Positions 1 through 10,724 of a stretch of DNA of 64,000 nucleotides are shown here, piece after piece. Source of the stretch: Thermohalobaculum sp. GTDB taxonomy: Bacteria > Pseudomonadota > Alphaproteobacteria > Rhodobacterales > Rhodobacteraceae. The position numbers and the translations under genes were made by a program. Position 1 is the first letter of the stretch. Every line of letters starts with the position of its first letter. The stretch spans positions 7,905-71,904 of the forward strand of contig DATLAW010000237.1 in assembly GCA_035527255.1 (NCBI GenBank), given 5' to 3'. Under the pieces are notes generated by a model. It saw only the letters and a program-made list of their open reading frames with translations, ran no database searches and was not told the origin of the DNA.

Positions 1-1
1 T

Positions 2-1732
2 CTGCTGCCGATGGAGCGCCGGATATCTGTGGCGCAGGACAACCTCGCACAGACCAATGCCGGGCTCGAGCAAACCGTGGCCGAGCGTACCGCCGGGCTT
101 GCCAAGGCGCTGGTGCGGGCCGAGGGCGCAGATCAGGCGAAGTCAGAATTCCTCGCCAACATGAGCCATGAGATACGGACGCCAATGAACGGCGTTCTGG
201 GGCTGGCGCAACTATTGGCGAAGACCGATCTGGACCAGCGGCAGAGGTCCTTTGTCGATGTGATCCTGAGTTCCGGCGCCTCGTTAATGAATATCATAAA
301 CGACATTCTCGATTTCTCGAAGCTGGATGCCGGCCACATCACGTTCGCGGAGAAACCATTCAATCTCCGGACGACGGTCGACGACGTCGCCACGATGATG
401 TCGATGCGGGTCGAAGACCTGGTCGTCGAAGTCATCGTGCGCATCCAGCCGGGATTGCCCGATATGGTCAGCGGCGACGACGGGCGGATCCGCCAGATCC
501 TGACCAACCTCGCCGGAAACGCGGTCAAATTCACCAGGAATGGGCATATTCTGATCGACTTGAGCGGCGATGTCGTAGGCAAGAAACTTCGGCTGCGAGT
601 TAAGGTGGTAGATACCGGAATTGGCATTCCACCCGAAAAAATCGACACCATCTTTGACAAATTCAGTCAGGTTGATGGCTCATCGACCCGGCAATTCGAG
701 GGCACCGGGTTGGGCCTGACCATCTGCCGGATGCTTGTCAATGCGATGGGCGGCGAGATCGGCGTCGAGAGTACGCCAAACGAGGGATCGACATTCTGGT
801 TCACGTTGACGCTGCCGCTCGAACAATCAGTGTCGCAGCACAAGATTGTGCCGCCGTCGATGCGCAGCTCAAAAGTGCTGATCGTGGACAATCGAGCACC
901 CAATCGCACAATGCTGGTGGAGCAACTCAAGGCGTGGCAGCTCGCTGCATCAACCGCTGGATCTGGGCGCGAGGCGCTGAAGATATTGGGCGATGCAGCC
1001 GCTGCCGGTGACCGGTTCGATCTGGTCCTGCTGGATGCTGTTATGCCAGGCATGGACGGCGGAGCAGTCTCGAAGGCGATCCGCGGCGACGACGCTATTG
1101 CCGACACTCCGGTTATCCTGTTGAGTTCGATCGAAATGACCGCGTTCAACAAGGGGGTCGATACAGGTGCGTTTCAGGGAATTGTAATGAAACCGGTGCT
1201 CTCCGACGCGTTGTTCGAGACGATGGTCAGTGTGCTGGCAAACAACCCGATCGCGCGCGCTGCAAAGAACCCGCTCGTCAAGACGGCGAAGGCGCGTGAC
1301 GACACCCAGCAACCGTCTGGACTGCATGTGCTGATCGTCGAGGACAATGTTGTCAACCAGCTCGTCGCCGGGGAAATCATCGTCTTCCTCGGGCACGAAT
1401 ATAGCGTGGCATCAAACGGCCAGGAGGCGCTAGACTACCTCGCGATCAACCAGCCGGATGTTGTGCTGATGGATGTTTCAATGCCGGTGATGAATGGTTT
1501 GGACGCTACCCGCGCCATCCGGTCGAGCGAGGCGGCGGCAGTTGGCCGACGAGCACATCAACACCTGCCGATCATCGGCCTGACGGCGCACGCGTTGGAC
1601 GGAGATCGAGAGAAATGCCTGGCGGCGGGCATGGATGCCTATCTCAGCAAACCGTTCGAGCCGGACGAACTCGGCGCGACGATCGCCCATCTCACATGCA
1701 GTAGCCCGGCTCGTCTAGCGGTCGGCGCATAG
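2..1732 (+). CDS. Hybrid sensor histidine kinase/response regulator (5' partial, continues upstream of window)
   Basis: Frame is open from the window edge. H-box SHEIRTPMNGV is present, with HATPase boxes (NAVKFT, DTGIGI, GTGLGL). Two receiver domains follow (LLDAVMPGMDG and LMDVSMPVMNG ... KPF). No Hpt domain is seen. Confidence 0.85.
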   Translation: MLPMERRISVAQDNLAQTNAGLEQTVAERTAGLAKALVRAEGADQAKSEFLANMSHEIRTPMNGVLGLAQLLAKTDLDQRQRSFVDVILSSGASLMNIINDILDFSKLDAGHITFAEKPFNLRTTVDDVATMMSMRVEDLVVEVIVRIQPGLPDMVSGDDGRIRQILTNLAGNAVKFTRNGHILIDLSGDVVGKKLRLRVKVVDTGIGIPPEKIDTIFDKFSQVDGSSTRQFEGTGLGLTICRMLVNAMGGEIGVESTPNEGSTFWFTLTLPLEQSVSQHKIVPPSMRSSKVLIVDNRAPNRTMLVEQLKAWQLAASTAGSGREALKILGDAAAAGDRFDLVLLDAVMPGMDGGAVSKAIRGDDAIADTPVILLSSIEMTAFNKGVDTGAFQGIVMKPVLSDALFETMVSVLANNPIARAAKNPLVKTAKARDDTQQPSGLHVLIVEDNVVNQLVAGEIIVFLGHEYSVASNGQEALDYLAINQPDVVLMDVSMPVMNGLDATRAIRSSEAAAVGRRAHQHLPIIGLTAHALDGDREKCLAAGMDAYLSKPFEPDELGATIAHLTCSSPARLAVGA

Positions 1733-1771
1733 CCCGGTCCAGATGAACGCAATCCTTTGGATTGGCCCGCC

Positions 1772-2305
1772 CTATCTCGCCACTCCGTCGCCCGGCATCA
1801 GGAAATTGCCGCGCAGCATGGCGATTGGCCGCGAGCGACTGTCCTGCCAGGCCTCGACATGGAGGTTGGCGACACGGCGACCGGCCTTTTGGACCGTCGC
1901 GCGGGCGAAGGTCTCGCGCGGCAGGCCAGGGCGCAGGTAGTCGATGGTGATGCCGATGGTCTTCGGGTAGGGCGGAAAGCGGCCAGCGGCGATCTGCGCG
2001 GCTGCCTCGCCGCCCGCCTCCATCTGCGCCAGAACCTGATCCCAGGCGAGCTGCATAAGTGCCGTGATCTCGAGGAACGAGCCGGTCACGCCGCCGTGCA
2101 GCGCTGGCAGCACCGGGTTGCCGATCAGTATATCCTTGTAGGGCAAGCGCCCGGTCAGCTCGTCGCCCAGCCGGTCGAATCGCACGCCGAGCAGGCAGTT
2201 ATAGGGCACCGAGCCGGTCAGCGCCTTAAGGGCGGCATCGCGGTCGATCTGGCGGCGTGACTGGCTGGATTGGCCGGAGCCCGGAGCAGGCATGTCCTCG
2301 ATCAT
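1772..2305 (-). CDS. PaaI-family hotdog-fold thioesterase
   Basis: 177 aa with the LHGGVTGSFLE motif typical of PaaI/4HBT-like thioesterases. ATGA stop/start overlap with the upstream paralog at 2302-2305. Confidence 0.7.
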   Translation of the reverse strand: MIEDMPAPGSGQSSQSRRQIDRDAALKALTGSVPYNCLLGVRFDRLGDELTGRLPYKDILIGNPVLPALHGGVTGSFLEITALMQLAWDQVLAQMEAGGEAAAQIAAGRFPPYPKTIGITIDYLRPGLPRETFARATVQKAGRRVANLHVEAWQDSRSRPIAMLRGNFLMPGDGVAR

Positions 2306-2808
2306 TGGGCGGCCCCCGGCGGTGTCGGGCGCTCAAGGATGAAGGTACCCTGCGCTGTCGCCACCGGGTCGTCCGGGTCGGTGTGATAGGCCACCGCCCG
2401 GGCAAAGCCGATCGAGCGGGTCAGGCGGTAACATTCGGCCCGCGAGAACACCGCCTCGCCCGCCGTCGCCGGGCGCATGTAGTCGATCCGCAGGTCCAGC
2501 GTCGCGGTCGAGCGCAACGCCACCGGGGCGACCATCACGGCCCAGCCGCAGGCGGTGTCGAGCAAGGCCGTTATCACCCCGCCATGGAGCACTCCGGTCT
2601 CCGGGTCGCCGACCAGGCGCTTGTCGTAGGGCACCGAGAGGACGGCAACGCCGTTCTCGGCTTCATGCAGGCGCATGTCGATCTCAAAGCTGAACGGCAG
2701 ACGGGTCATCAGGGCGCCCTTGCCGTCTGGCGCCGGGGCCAGACCGTAGCGTTCATAGAAGCGGCTTAACCCGCTGCCTTCCCCATTGGTGTCATCTTTG
2801 GCTGTCAT
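2302..2808 (-). CDS. PaaI-family hotdog-fold thioesterase (paralog)
   Basis: LHGGVITALLDTACG motif. I prefer the Met at 2808 (GGAGGG SD upstream) over the ORF-track start at 2847. Confidence 0.7.
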   Translation of the reverse strand: MTAKDDTNGEGSGLSRFYERYGLAPAPDGKGALMTRLPFSFEIDMRLHEAENGVAVLSVPYDKRLVGDPETGVLHGGVITALLDTACGWAVMVAPVALRSTATLDLRIDYMRPATAGEAVFSRAECYRLTRSIGFARAVAYHTDPDDPVATAQGTFILERPTPPGAAQ

Positions 2809-3049
2809 ATCGCCGCCCTCCGCCCCGCGCCTGTCCTGGTGCCCCATCCTAGCGCCCCGTCCTAGCGCCTGGGGCCGGGCTCTGTCGATGCCTGCCTCAA
2901 AACCGAGCCGGTTCGGGCGGTAATTGAAAGTTTGTGGTTGACCGTTATGTAGTCTGCCAACACCTTATGATCCAATTGACATTTCTGCCAATGTCGGGAC
3001 TGCATGACCGCCGTCCCTTCAGCCGCCACCCCTCTGCCTGGAGACCCAA

Positions 3050-4843
3050 ATGCCCAACTACGAGCCCCCGTTGCGCGACTATCGTTTCATTCTGCACGAG
3101 GCCCTGAAGGTCCAGGACGAGACCGCGATCGAAGGCTACGCCGATCTGACCGAGGACTTCACCGGTGCGGTGCTGGGTGAGGCCGGCAAGATCGCCGCCG
3201 AGGTGTTGGCGCCGCTGAACCAGATCGGCGATCGCCAGGGCTGCCGGCTCGAGAACGGCGCTGTGCGCACGCCGGACGGATTTCGCGATGCCTTTGCGTT
3301 GATGCGCGACGGCGGCTGGCCGGGGATGGAGTGCGACCCTGATTATGGTGGCCAGGGCATGCCGACGCTGCTCAATTTGTGCGTCGGCACCATGCAATCG
3401 GCGGCCAACATGGCCTTCATGATGTATTCCGGCCTGACCCACGGCGCCTATTTGGCAATCCACAGCCATGGCACCGACGAGTTGAAGGCGAAATACTTGC
3501 CGAAGCTGGTCTCCGGCGACTGGACCGGCACGATGAACCTGACCGAGCCGCAATGCGGCACCGATCTGGGGATGCTGCGCACCAGGGCCGAGCCGCAGGC
3601 CGATGGTTCCTACAAGATCACCGGCTCGAAGATCTTCATCTCGGCGGGCGAGCATGACCTGGCCGAGAATATCGTCCATCTGGTGTTGGCCCGGATCACC
3701 GGAGCACCGGAGGGGATCAAGGGCATCTCGCTGTTCGTGGTGCCGAAGTTCCTGGTGAATGACGACGGCTCGCTGGGGGATCGAAACGGGGTAGTTTGCT
3801 CGAAGGTCGAGGAGAAGATGGGCATCCATGGCAATTCGACCTGTGCGATGGATTATGACGGCGCCGCCGGTTGGCTGGTCGGCGCGGAGCACAAGGGTCT
3901 GCGCGCCATGTTCACGATGATGAACGAGGCGCGTCTGCTGGTAGGGATGCAGGGGTTGGCGGTGGCCTCGGCCGCCTATCAGGCGGCGGCGGCATACGCG
4001 AAGGAGCGGTTGCAGGGGCGCGCGGTGACCGGCATTGCCAATCCGGACGGCCCGGCCGACCCGCTGATCGTGCATGCGGATGTGCGCCGGCTGCTGCTGG
4101 ACCAGAAAAGCTTCGTCGATGGCGGTCGCGGGATGCTGAGCTGGGTTGCGATGTTGATAGACGCCGAGAAGCGCCACACCGACCCGGCGATGCGCGAGAA
4201 GGCCGGCGACATGGTGGCGCTGCTGACCCCGGTGGTGAAGGGCTTCCTGACCGAGGAGGGCTATCGGATGGCCGGTCAAGCCCAGCAGGTCTTCGGCGGC
4301 CATGGCTATATCGAGGAGACCGGCATGTCGCAGTTCGTCCGCGATGCCCGGATCACCATGATCTACGAGGGCGCGACCGGGGTGCAGGCGCTTGACCTGG
4401 TGGGCCGCAAGCTGCCCCTGAAGATGGGCAAGCCGATGATGACGTTCTTCGAATACGTCAAGGGCTACATCAAGGCCAACGAGGACGACCTGACGTTGGC
4501 GAAGCACTTCCTCGAGCCACTGAAGAAAGCCTCGAAGGACCTTCAGTCAGCGGCGGTGTTCTTCATGCAGGCAGGGATGAAGAACCCCAATGCGGCGCTG
4601 GCGGGGTCGGTCGATTTCCTGCACCTGTTCGGACTGGTCGCGATGGGGTTAAGCTGGACCAAGATGGCCAAAGCGGCCTCGGTGGCGCTGCAGCATGGGA
4701 CGGACGACCCCGACTATTACAACGCCAAGCTGGCAACCGGGCGCTATTATATGAGCCGGGTGCTACCGGAAACAGCACTGCGGCTGGCGCGGATCGAGAC
4801 CGGGGCGGAGCCGGTGATGGATATGCCGGCGGAGGCGTTTTAG
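3050..4843 (+). CDS. Long-type acyl-CoA dehydrogenase (about 600 aa, C-terminal extension type)
   Basis: 597 aa. Contains the [13 protein letters not shown] and [18 protein letters not shown] motifs of the ACAD family. Confidence 0.85.
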   Translation: MPNYEPPLRDYRFILHEALKVQDETAIEGYADLTEDFTGAVLGEAGKIAAEVLAPLNQIGDRQGCRLENGAVRTPDGFRDAFALMRDGGWPGMECDPDYGGQGMPTLLNLCVGTMQSAANMAFMMYSGLTHGAYLAIHSHGTDELKAKYLPKLVSGDWTGTMNLTEPQCGTDLGMLRTRAEPQADGSYKITGSKIFISAGEHDLAENIVHLVLARITGAPEGIKGISLFVVPKFLVNDDGSLGDRNGVVCSKVEEKMGIHGNSTCAMDYDGAAGWLVGAEHKGLRAMFTMMNEARLLVGMQGLAVASAAYQAAAAYAKERLQGRAVTGIANPDGPADPLIVHADVRRLLLDQKSFVDGGRGMLSWVAMLIDAEKRHTDPAMREKAGDMVALLTPVVKGFLTEEGYRMAGQAQQVFGGHGYIEETGMSQFVRDARITMIYEGATGVQALDLVGRKLPLKMGKPMMTFFEYVKGYIKANEDDLTLAKHFLEPLKKASKDLQSAAVFFMQAGMKNPNAALAGSVDFLHLFGLVAMGLSWTKMAKAASVALQHGTDDPDYYNAKLATGRYYMSRVLPETALRLARIETGAEPVMDMPAEAF

Positions 4844-4852
4844 AGTTGTAGT

Positions 4853-4913
4853 GTGCGCAATTTGCGCACCATTCGAACGTCGGTGCGGTAGGACGGTGCG
4901 CAGAATGCGCACC
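4853..4913. promoter_or_regulatory. Two palindromes GTGCGCA-N3-TGCGCAC (putative paired operator) upstream of the GST gene
   Basis: 4853-4869 GTGCGCAATTTGCGCAC and 4895-4913 GGTGCGCAGAATGCGCACC, read directly. Centres are 43 bp apart. Confidence 0.4.
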
Positions 4914-4931
4914 CTGCGGAAAGGAAATTCC

Positions 4932-5561
4932 ATGACCAAATACCGCCTGCACTGCTTCGCCCAGTCGGGCAACTCCTACAAGCCGGCGTTGATGCTGGCG
5001 CTGGCTGGGGCGGACTGGGAACCGGTTTTTGTTGACTACTTCGACGGCGCCAGCCGGTCGCCGGAATTCAAGGCGATCAACGAGATGGGGGAGGCGCCGG
5101 TGCTGGAGCATGACGGGCTGGTTCTGAGCCAGTCTGGCGCGATCCTGGATTATCTGGCGGAAAAGCTCGGCAAGTTCGGCGCGACGGACGCCGCCGAGCG
5201 GCGCGAGATCCTGCGCTGGATCCTGTGGGACAACCACAAGTTCACCTCGTACAACGCCACCTGGCGGTTCATGATCAACTTTGTGCCTGAGGACAAGCGC
5301 AGCGCCGACGTGGTCGGCTTTATGGAGGCGGGCGGGCGGGCGGCGATGGGCGTTCTGGAGGCGCATCTGGCTGGCCGCGATTGGATTGTCGGAAACAAGA
5401 TGACCATCGCCGATCTCTCCTGCGCGGGCTATATGTTCTACGAGCATGAGTTCCCCTTCGATTGGGCGCGTGAGTTTCCCGCCATTACAGCCTGGAAGGA
5501 ACGCATCCGGGCGATGCCGCGCTGGAAGCCGCCTTATGATTTGATGCCTGGCAAGAACTGA
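4932..5561 (+). CDS. Glutathione S-transferase family protein
   Basis: Starts [21 protein letters not shown]-terminal thioredoxin-like fold and C-terminal domain pattern ([22 protein letters not shown]). The Met at 4932 is preceded by GGAAAGGAAA. Confidence 0.8.
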   Translation: MTKYRLHCFAQSGNSYKPALMLALAGADWEPVFVDYFDGASRSPEFKAINEMGEAPVLEHDGLVLSQSGAILDYLAEKLGKFGATDAAERREILRWILWDNHKFTSYNATWRFMINFVPEDKRSADVVGFMEAGGRAAMGVLEAHLAGRDWIVGNKMTIADLSCAGYMFYEHEFPFDWAREFPAITAWKERIRAMPRWKPPYDLMPGKN

Positions 5562-5577
5562 GACAACGGAGACGCGC

Positions 5578-6789
5578 ATGACCGAGGCCTATATCTTCGA
5601 CGCCGTGCGGACGCCGCGTGGCAAGGGCAAGGCGGATGGCAGCCTGCATGAGGTGACCTCGCTGGCGCTGTCGGCCGGGGTGCTGAATGCGTTGCGCGAC
5701 CGCAATGAGCTGGACACTTCGCAGGTCGAGGACGTGATCTGGGGTTGCGTCACGCCGGTCGGCGAACAGGGCGGCGAGATTGCCCGCTCGGCAGTGCTGT
5801 ATGCCGGGTGGGACGAGGGCGTGCCGGGGCTGCATATCAACCGCTTCTGCGCCAGCGGCCTGGAGGCGGTGAACCTGGCGGCCAATCAGGTGCGCGGCGG
5901 CGCCGGTGATCTCTATGTCGCCGGGGGGGTCGAGATGATGTCGCGGGTGCCGATGGGCTCGGACGGGTTCGCCATCGCCATCGACCCCTATCTGGCGATG
6001 AAGACCTATTTCGTGCCGCAGGGCATCTCGGCCGACATCATCGCCACCGAATACGGGTTTTCACGCGACGATGTGGACGCTTACGCGGTGGAAAGCCAAA
6101 AGCGCGCCGCGATGGCCTGGGGCGCGGGACGGTTCGCCGGTTCGGTTGTGACGGTGAGCGACCAGAACGGCATCCCGATCCTGAACCGAGATGAGTATAT
6201 GCGTCCGGGCACTGACATGCAGACCTTGGGGGCGCTGAAGGCGAGCTTCAAGGAAATGGGCGAGGGGATGCCGGGTTTCGACAAGGTGGCGATCCTGAAA
6301 TACCCACATCTTGAGCGGATCAATCATGTGCATCACGCCGGCAACTCAAGCGGTATCGTCGATGGGGCGGCGGCGGTGCTGGTCGGATCGAAGGAAGCGG
6401 GCCAGCGGCTGGGGCTAAAGCCGCGCGCCCGGATCCGGGCGACCACCAAGATCGGCACCGATCCGACAATCATGCTGACCGGGCCGGTACCCGCCACCCG
6501 CAAGATCCTGGCGGCGGCAGGGATGGCGATTGGTGATATTGATCTGTTCGAGGTCAACGAGGCCTTCGCTTCGGTGGTGCTGATGTTCATGGCAGAGTTC
6601 GACGCCGATCACGGCAAGGTCAACCCCAATGGCGGCGCTATCGCCATGGGGCATCCGCTGGGCGCTACGGGTGCGATGATCCTGGGCACCGCGCTGGACG
6701 AATTGGAACGCTCGGGCAAGGAGACCGCGTTGATCACGCTGTGTGTCGCCTCCGGCATGGGTGCGGCGACGATTATCGAGCGGGTGTAG
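5578..6789 (+). CDS. Acetyl-CoA C-acyltransferase (thiolase)
   Basis: 403 aa. Thiolase motifs are [10 protein letters not shown] (active Cys), [17 protein letters not shown] and CVASGMG. Confidence 0.9.
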   Translation: MTEAYIFDAVRTPRGKGKADGSLHEVTSLALSAGVLNALRDRNELDTSQVEDVIWGCVTPVGEQGGEIARSAVLYAGWDEGVPGLHINRFCASGLEAVNLAANQVRGGAGDLYVAGGVEMMSRVPMGSDGFAIAIDPYLAMKTYFVPQGISADIIATEYGFSRDDVDAYAVESQKRAAMAWGAGRFAGSVVTVSDQNGIPILNRDEYMRPGTDMQTLGALKASFKEMGEGMPGFDKVAILKYPHLERINHVHHAGNSSGIVDGAAAVLVGSKEAGQRLGLKPRARIRATTKIGTDPTIMLTGPVPATRKILAAAGMAIGDIDLFEVNEAFASVVLMFMAEFDADHGKVNPNGGAIAMGHPLGATGAMILGTALDELERSGKETALITLCVASGMGAATIIERV

Positions 6790-7579
6790 CCGCAACCGGG
6801 GCTGCGACGATCCACCAGCCGGGGCGGGCGCGGCGAAGGCGCTCGGCTTGTGCCACGGCGGTTGCCTGCCTGTCGTGGAGCGCGAAACAAGTCGCGCCGG
6901 AGCCGGACATCCGGGCAATGGGGGCGTCGCCAAGTGCTGTCAGCACCTCGGCAATAACCGGGCAGATCGAGACGGCCGCGGCCTGAAGATCGTTGCGCTG
7001 GCGGGCGAGCCACTCGATCAGTGCCGCGAAGCCCCGCAATCCTGCTGGCGGCGGCGGGCCGGGCGCGTTGTCACGCTGCTCGACGGCGGCGAACACCGTT
7101 CCGGTCGCGACGCCGACCCCCGGATTGACCAGCACCATCCAGAAATTTGGCATCGGCGGCGCCGGGCTCAATCGATCGCCAATGCCCGCCATCAGGCGAG
7201 GTTGTGGCGCGTCCAGGCAAACCGGCACATCGGCACCGAGCGTCAGGGCAAGCCCATGGGGTATGGCGACACCCCATAGCCGCGACAGTAGCCGCAGCGC
7301 CGCCGCCGCGTCGCTCGACCCGCCGCCGATACCGGAGGCGACAGGCAGGTTCTTCTCCAGCCGGAGGGCGGCGTTCGGCGTCAGCCCATGCGCCGTCGCC
7401 AGTGCGCGGGCGGCACGCAGGACCAGATTGTCCGGCTCAGTGGAAAGCCCCGCACTGAAGAAACCAACGATGTTCAGAGATAACCCCCGCCCCGGAGCGG
7501 TTGACAGCCGGTCGCCGATGGCCGGGAAGACCGCGAGGCTATCCAACAGGTGGTATCCATCCGATTGGCGGCCGCGCAA
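6773..7579 (-). CDS. ispE: 4-(cytidine 5'-diphospho)-2-C-methyl-D-erythritol kinase (N-terminus uncertain, see findings)
   Basis: GHMP-kinase motif [17 protein letters not shown]. The ORF-track start is a TTG inside the conserved N-terminal region. Convergent 17-bp overlap with the thiolase gene. Confidence 0.85.
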   Translation of the reverse strand: MRGRQSDGYHLLDSLAVFPAIGDRLSTAPGRGLSLNIVGFFSAGLSTEPDNLVLRAARALATAHGLTPNAALRLEKNLPVASGIGGGSSDAAAALRLLSRLWGVAIPHGLALTLGADVPVCLDAPQPRLMAGIGDRLSPAPPMPNFWMVLVNPGVGVATGTVFAAVEQRDNAPGPPPPAGLRGFAALIEWLARQRNDLQAAAVSICPVIAEVLTALGDAPIARMSGSGATCFALHDRQATAVAQAERLRRARPGWWIVAAPVAATPAR

Positions 7580-7673
7580 ATGCAGGTAGAGGTTAACCTT
7601 TGCTGGCGCCGATTCGGTTCTGGCCGCTTCCGCGTCTGCGAACTTCGGGTGCGCGCGTTCCGGAGGCGCCAGA

Positions 7674-9479
7674 TCAGCCGCCGTTGGGTTTGACCTTGGT
7701 CGTCGCCCCCTCGCTCTGGATCAGAGACGGATTGTTTGACGCGGCCTCCTCGGCCAGCACGGTGTCAAGACCTTCCTCAAGCTTATGACGAATCCGGATG
7801 GCTTCGGTTTCCTCAGGCTTGAAAGAAAGCGAGCGTTTCCACTGGAACTGAGCCTCGAGATGCCGCCCGATCATCCAAAGGGCGTCACCGAAGTGGTCGT
7901 TGATCACCGGATCGACCGGCTTCAATTGGACGGCCTTCTCGAGATGTTCGACGGCACCGGCGTAGTCGCCAAGGCGGTAAAGGACCCACCCCAGGCTATC
8001 GACGATGTAGCCGTCATCAGGACGCTGCTCGACGGCCTTCTCGATCATGGCCTGGGCCTCGACGAGATTTGTCCCCATCTCGACCCAGCTATAGCCGAGA
8101 TAGTTCAGCACCAATGGCTGATCGGGTTCGAGCTCCAACGCCTTGAGAAAATCGGCCTCGGCCCGCGGCCACTGCTTGGACCGCTCGAACGCGATGGCAC
8201 GCTGATAGAATAACGGCCAGTGGCGGCGTTCGGGGTGGGAGACCAGTGCAAGGGCACCATCATAAGCCGCACCCGCCTCGGCAAACTGTTCGTTCTGGCG
8301 CAACATGTCGCCGAGCGAGGTGTGCCCCTCGATCCAGCGTGGATGAGCCAAGACGGTATCCTGCAATGCGGCGATACCCTCATCGACGCGCCCGGCCGCT
8401 TGCATTGACTCGGCCCGGGCGATTTCGGCCTCGAGGGCCTCGGGTTGGTCAGCCGGAATTGCCTCGTAGGCGGAAATTGCAAGGTCGTACTGCTTTTGGG
8501 ATTGCATGATCCCGGCGACCAGGAGCCGCGCCTCGATCAAATCCGGATTGAGGTAGGTCGCGAGTTGGGCATAGGCCAGACCGATCTGCCAATTTGCGCC
8601 GCGTGCCAGGTAGCCGGCGACGCCGTAAAGCGATTCAGCGGCTCCCTCGGTTCCGGTCTTGACAACCGGTCCCGGGATCTTGCCGGCCTCAAGGTCACGC
8701 GCAAGCAACTCAAGCCGCCGGTCGCCATAGGTTTGCGCCAATCGCTCGGCCAGCGCGGCGCGCGCCTCGTCGATCCGATCGAGCCGTGCCAGCACACCGG
8801 CACGAATGCGAGTGAGCCGCAGGGTGGCGTTGCCGGAGCGTTCGGTTGCTCGGTCGATGGCGACGATGGCTTCGGCGTCACGGCCTGATGCGGATTCCAA
8901 CAGGCCAAGATGAAAAGCAACGACTATCTCACCGGCTGAGCCGCCGGTTCCGGCAGTTTCCAGCGCGGTCAGCAGATCCCGCGCTGTGTCGATTTCGCCT
9001 TCGTCGAAGGCTGCCCAAACATCGATCAGCTGGCCGACGAATGGCCCGGCATCGGTGGTCCTGGTAGCGAGGAGACTGCGCGCCTGGAGCGGATCGTTGC
9101 GCTTGAGCGCGTCGGCTGCCTCGAGCAGAACTCCAAGATGATGCCCTGGCCGGAGCGCGTCGAGCCGCCGTGCCACCGGGATTGCGCGTTCGATCTGACC
9201 GGAGGCGATCTGATACGTGACGGTGCGCTCCATCAGGTCGGCATTCGCGGTATCGCGGGTCAGCGCCTGGGTATAGAGCCGGGCGGCCTCGGCGATATCA
9301 CCGCGACGGGCGGCACTTTCAGCCGCCAGATAGGGGCCTGCAATGCCGTTAAGGCCTTGGGCGGAGGCTGGAATCGCCGTGGGCAACATCAACGCAATTG
9401 ACAGCGCGAGCGGCGCCAGTGCACGCCAGGTCAAGCCCGGGATCAGGGTGGAACGTTTGTCGGCCAAGTCAGCCTCCAT
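7674..9479 (-). CDS. Secreted tetratricopeptide-repeat protein
   Basis: Many TPR-like helical repeats. The Met at 9479 is followed by a signal peptide (ALAPLALSIALMLPTAIPASAQG). The ORF-track start at 9584 is probably too long. Confidence 0.75.
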   Translation of the reverse strand: MEADLADKRSTLIPGLTWRALAPLALSIALMLPTAIPASAQGLNGIAGPYLAAESAARRGDIAEAARLYTQALTRDTANADLMERTVTYQIASGQIERAIPVARRLDALRPGHHLGVLLEAADALKRNDPLQARSLLATRTTDAGPFVGQLIDVWAAFDEGEIDTARDLLTALETAGTGGSAGEIVVAFHLGLLESASGRDAEAIVAIDRATERSGNATLRLTRIRAGVLARLDRIDEARAALAERLAQTYGDRRLELLARDLEAGKIPGPVVKTGTEGAAESLYGVAGYLARGANWQIGLAYAQLATYLNPDLIEARLLVAGIMQSQKQYDLAISAYEAIPADQPEALEAEIARAESMQAAGRVDEGIAALQDTVLAHPRWIEGHTSLGDMLRQNEQFAEAGAAYDGALALVSHPERRHWPLFYQRAIAFERSKQWPRAEADFLKALELEPDQPLVLNYLGYSWVEMGTNLVEAQAMIEKAVEQRPDDGYIVDSLGWVLYRLGDYAGAVEHLEKAVQLKPVDPVINDHFGDALWMIGRHLEAQFQWKRSLSFKPEETEAIRIRHKLEEGLDTVLAEEAASNNPSLIQSEGATTKVKPNGG

Positions 9480-9608
9480 GAAGGTAGGATCGGGCGTTGA
9501 AGGGCAGCGCCGATCAGTCTCGAACATTATGCCTGCGCATTGTGGCACATTAGAGGTTGCGGTAGGCCGGATGCAATTGCCCAATATATAGCTGTGAACA
9601 AGAACGGT

Positions 9609-10724
9609 TCAACCGATGCGGCCAAGCCACGCTGATATAGCCGGCGCGACCATTTGCTGGGCGCGGCGCGAGACGAATACTCCGACGTGGCCGGTCGGGA
9701 TCTCCAGCTCCTGATAATCGCGGCCGGCGAGGATGCCGCCCAAAGCCCGGCTGCACGGCGGCGGGATGATGTGATCCTCGGCGCCGAAGATATTTAGCAC
9801 CGGGCATTCGATTGCCGCCAAATCGACAGCCTCGCCAGCGACGTGAAATTCGCCCCGAACCAAACGGTTTTCCAGATAAAGCCCAATCAGCCATTCCTTT
9901 GCGGCGGCACCTGGGTGGTCGGGGCGGTCAGCAAGCCACTTTTCCATACGCAGAAAGGTCTCCAGCGCCTCGGCATCGTCGGCGAGATCGACCAGGCCAG
10001 AGGTGTATTTCGCCAAGGTCCGGGCCGGGGTGAGCTGTTGGAAAAGAGCCCCGGTGAGTTGGCCGGAGAGATTGCCGCACTCGTCGATCAGGTCGGCGAG
10101 CAACTGGGCCGGCAAGCTGCGGACCCAGACGTTCAGCAGACCTTGATCCGGCGTCGGATCCAATATGTCGGCGTGGAAGTCGATCGGCGTCACGGTCAGG
10201 ACCAGACCCAGGACAGTATCCGGATGTCGCGCGGCGTGGCAGGCCGCAAAGACGCCCCCCTGGCAGATCCCAAACAACGCCACCTTGCGCGCGCCGCTGG
10301 TGGTACGGATAGCGGCGATCGCGTCGCCAAGATGGAACTCGGCATAGTCGGTGAAATCGTTGAACTGATCTGCCCGGCCCGGATTCCCCCAATCGATGAC
10401 ATAGAGGTCGATCCCCGCACCGAGCAGGCGCGCGACCAGCGAGCGGCCGGGTTCAAGATCGGTCATGCTTTGGCGCCCGATCAACCCGTGCATGATCAAC
10501 ATCGGGCCCAGCGGTAGAGCATCGCTTGCGATGGGACGGTAGCGATAGAGGCGGATCTTGCCGTCACGCCAGATCTCGTCCTTGGGCGTGGTGGCGATCT
10601 CGATTGTGCTGCCACCTTTGGTGGCGGCGAGACGCTGGCCCAGTTTGATCGCTCGCTCGGCGATTGCTCGCAGGTCGGTTGCGCCGAATTCGGGCATTCC
10701 GAACCGATCTTGCCCGGCGCTCAT
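9609..10724 (-). CDS. phaC: Class III poly(R)-hydroxyalkanoate synthase, PhaC subunit
   Basis: 371 aa. Lipase-box with Cys (FGICQGGVF). FLRMEKWLADRPDHPG, CPVLNIFGAEDHIIPP and TGHVGVFVS closely match my recollection of Allochromatium vinosum PhaC. Confidence 0.85.
   Translation of the reverse strand: MSAGQDRFGMPEFGATDLRAIAERAIKLGQRLAATKGGSTIEIATTPKDEIWRDGKIRLYRYRPIASDALPLGPMLIMHGLIGRQSMTDLEPGRSLVARLLGAGIDLYVIDWGNPGRADQFNDFTDYAEFHLGDAIAAIRTTSGARKVALFGICQGGVFAACHAARHPDTVLGLVLTVTPIDFHADILDPTPDQGLLNVWVRSLPAQLLADLIDECGNLSGQLTGALFQQLTPARTLAKYTSGLVDLADDAEALETFLRMEKWLADRPDHPGAAAKEWLIGLYLENRLVRGEFHVAGEAVDLAAIECPVLNIFGAEDHIIPPPCSRALGGILAGRDYQELEIPTGHVGVFVSRRAQQMVAPAISAWLGRIG

Noticed and set aside
2945-4507. 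520-aa ORF antisense to the acyl-CoA dehydrogenase gene. Similar long antisense ORFs occur at 25233-26435, 32003-33475, 43264-44406, 50267-51334 and 61082-62323.
   Set aside because: These are Arg/Pro/Gly/Ala-rich, low-complexity translations opposite genes with strong family motifs. They are typical shadow ORFs of high-G+C DNA.
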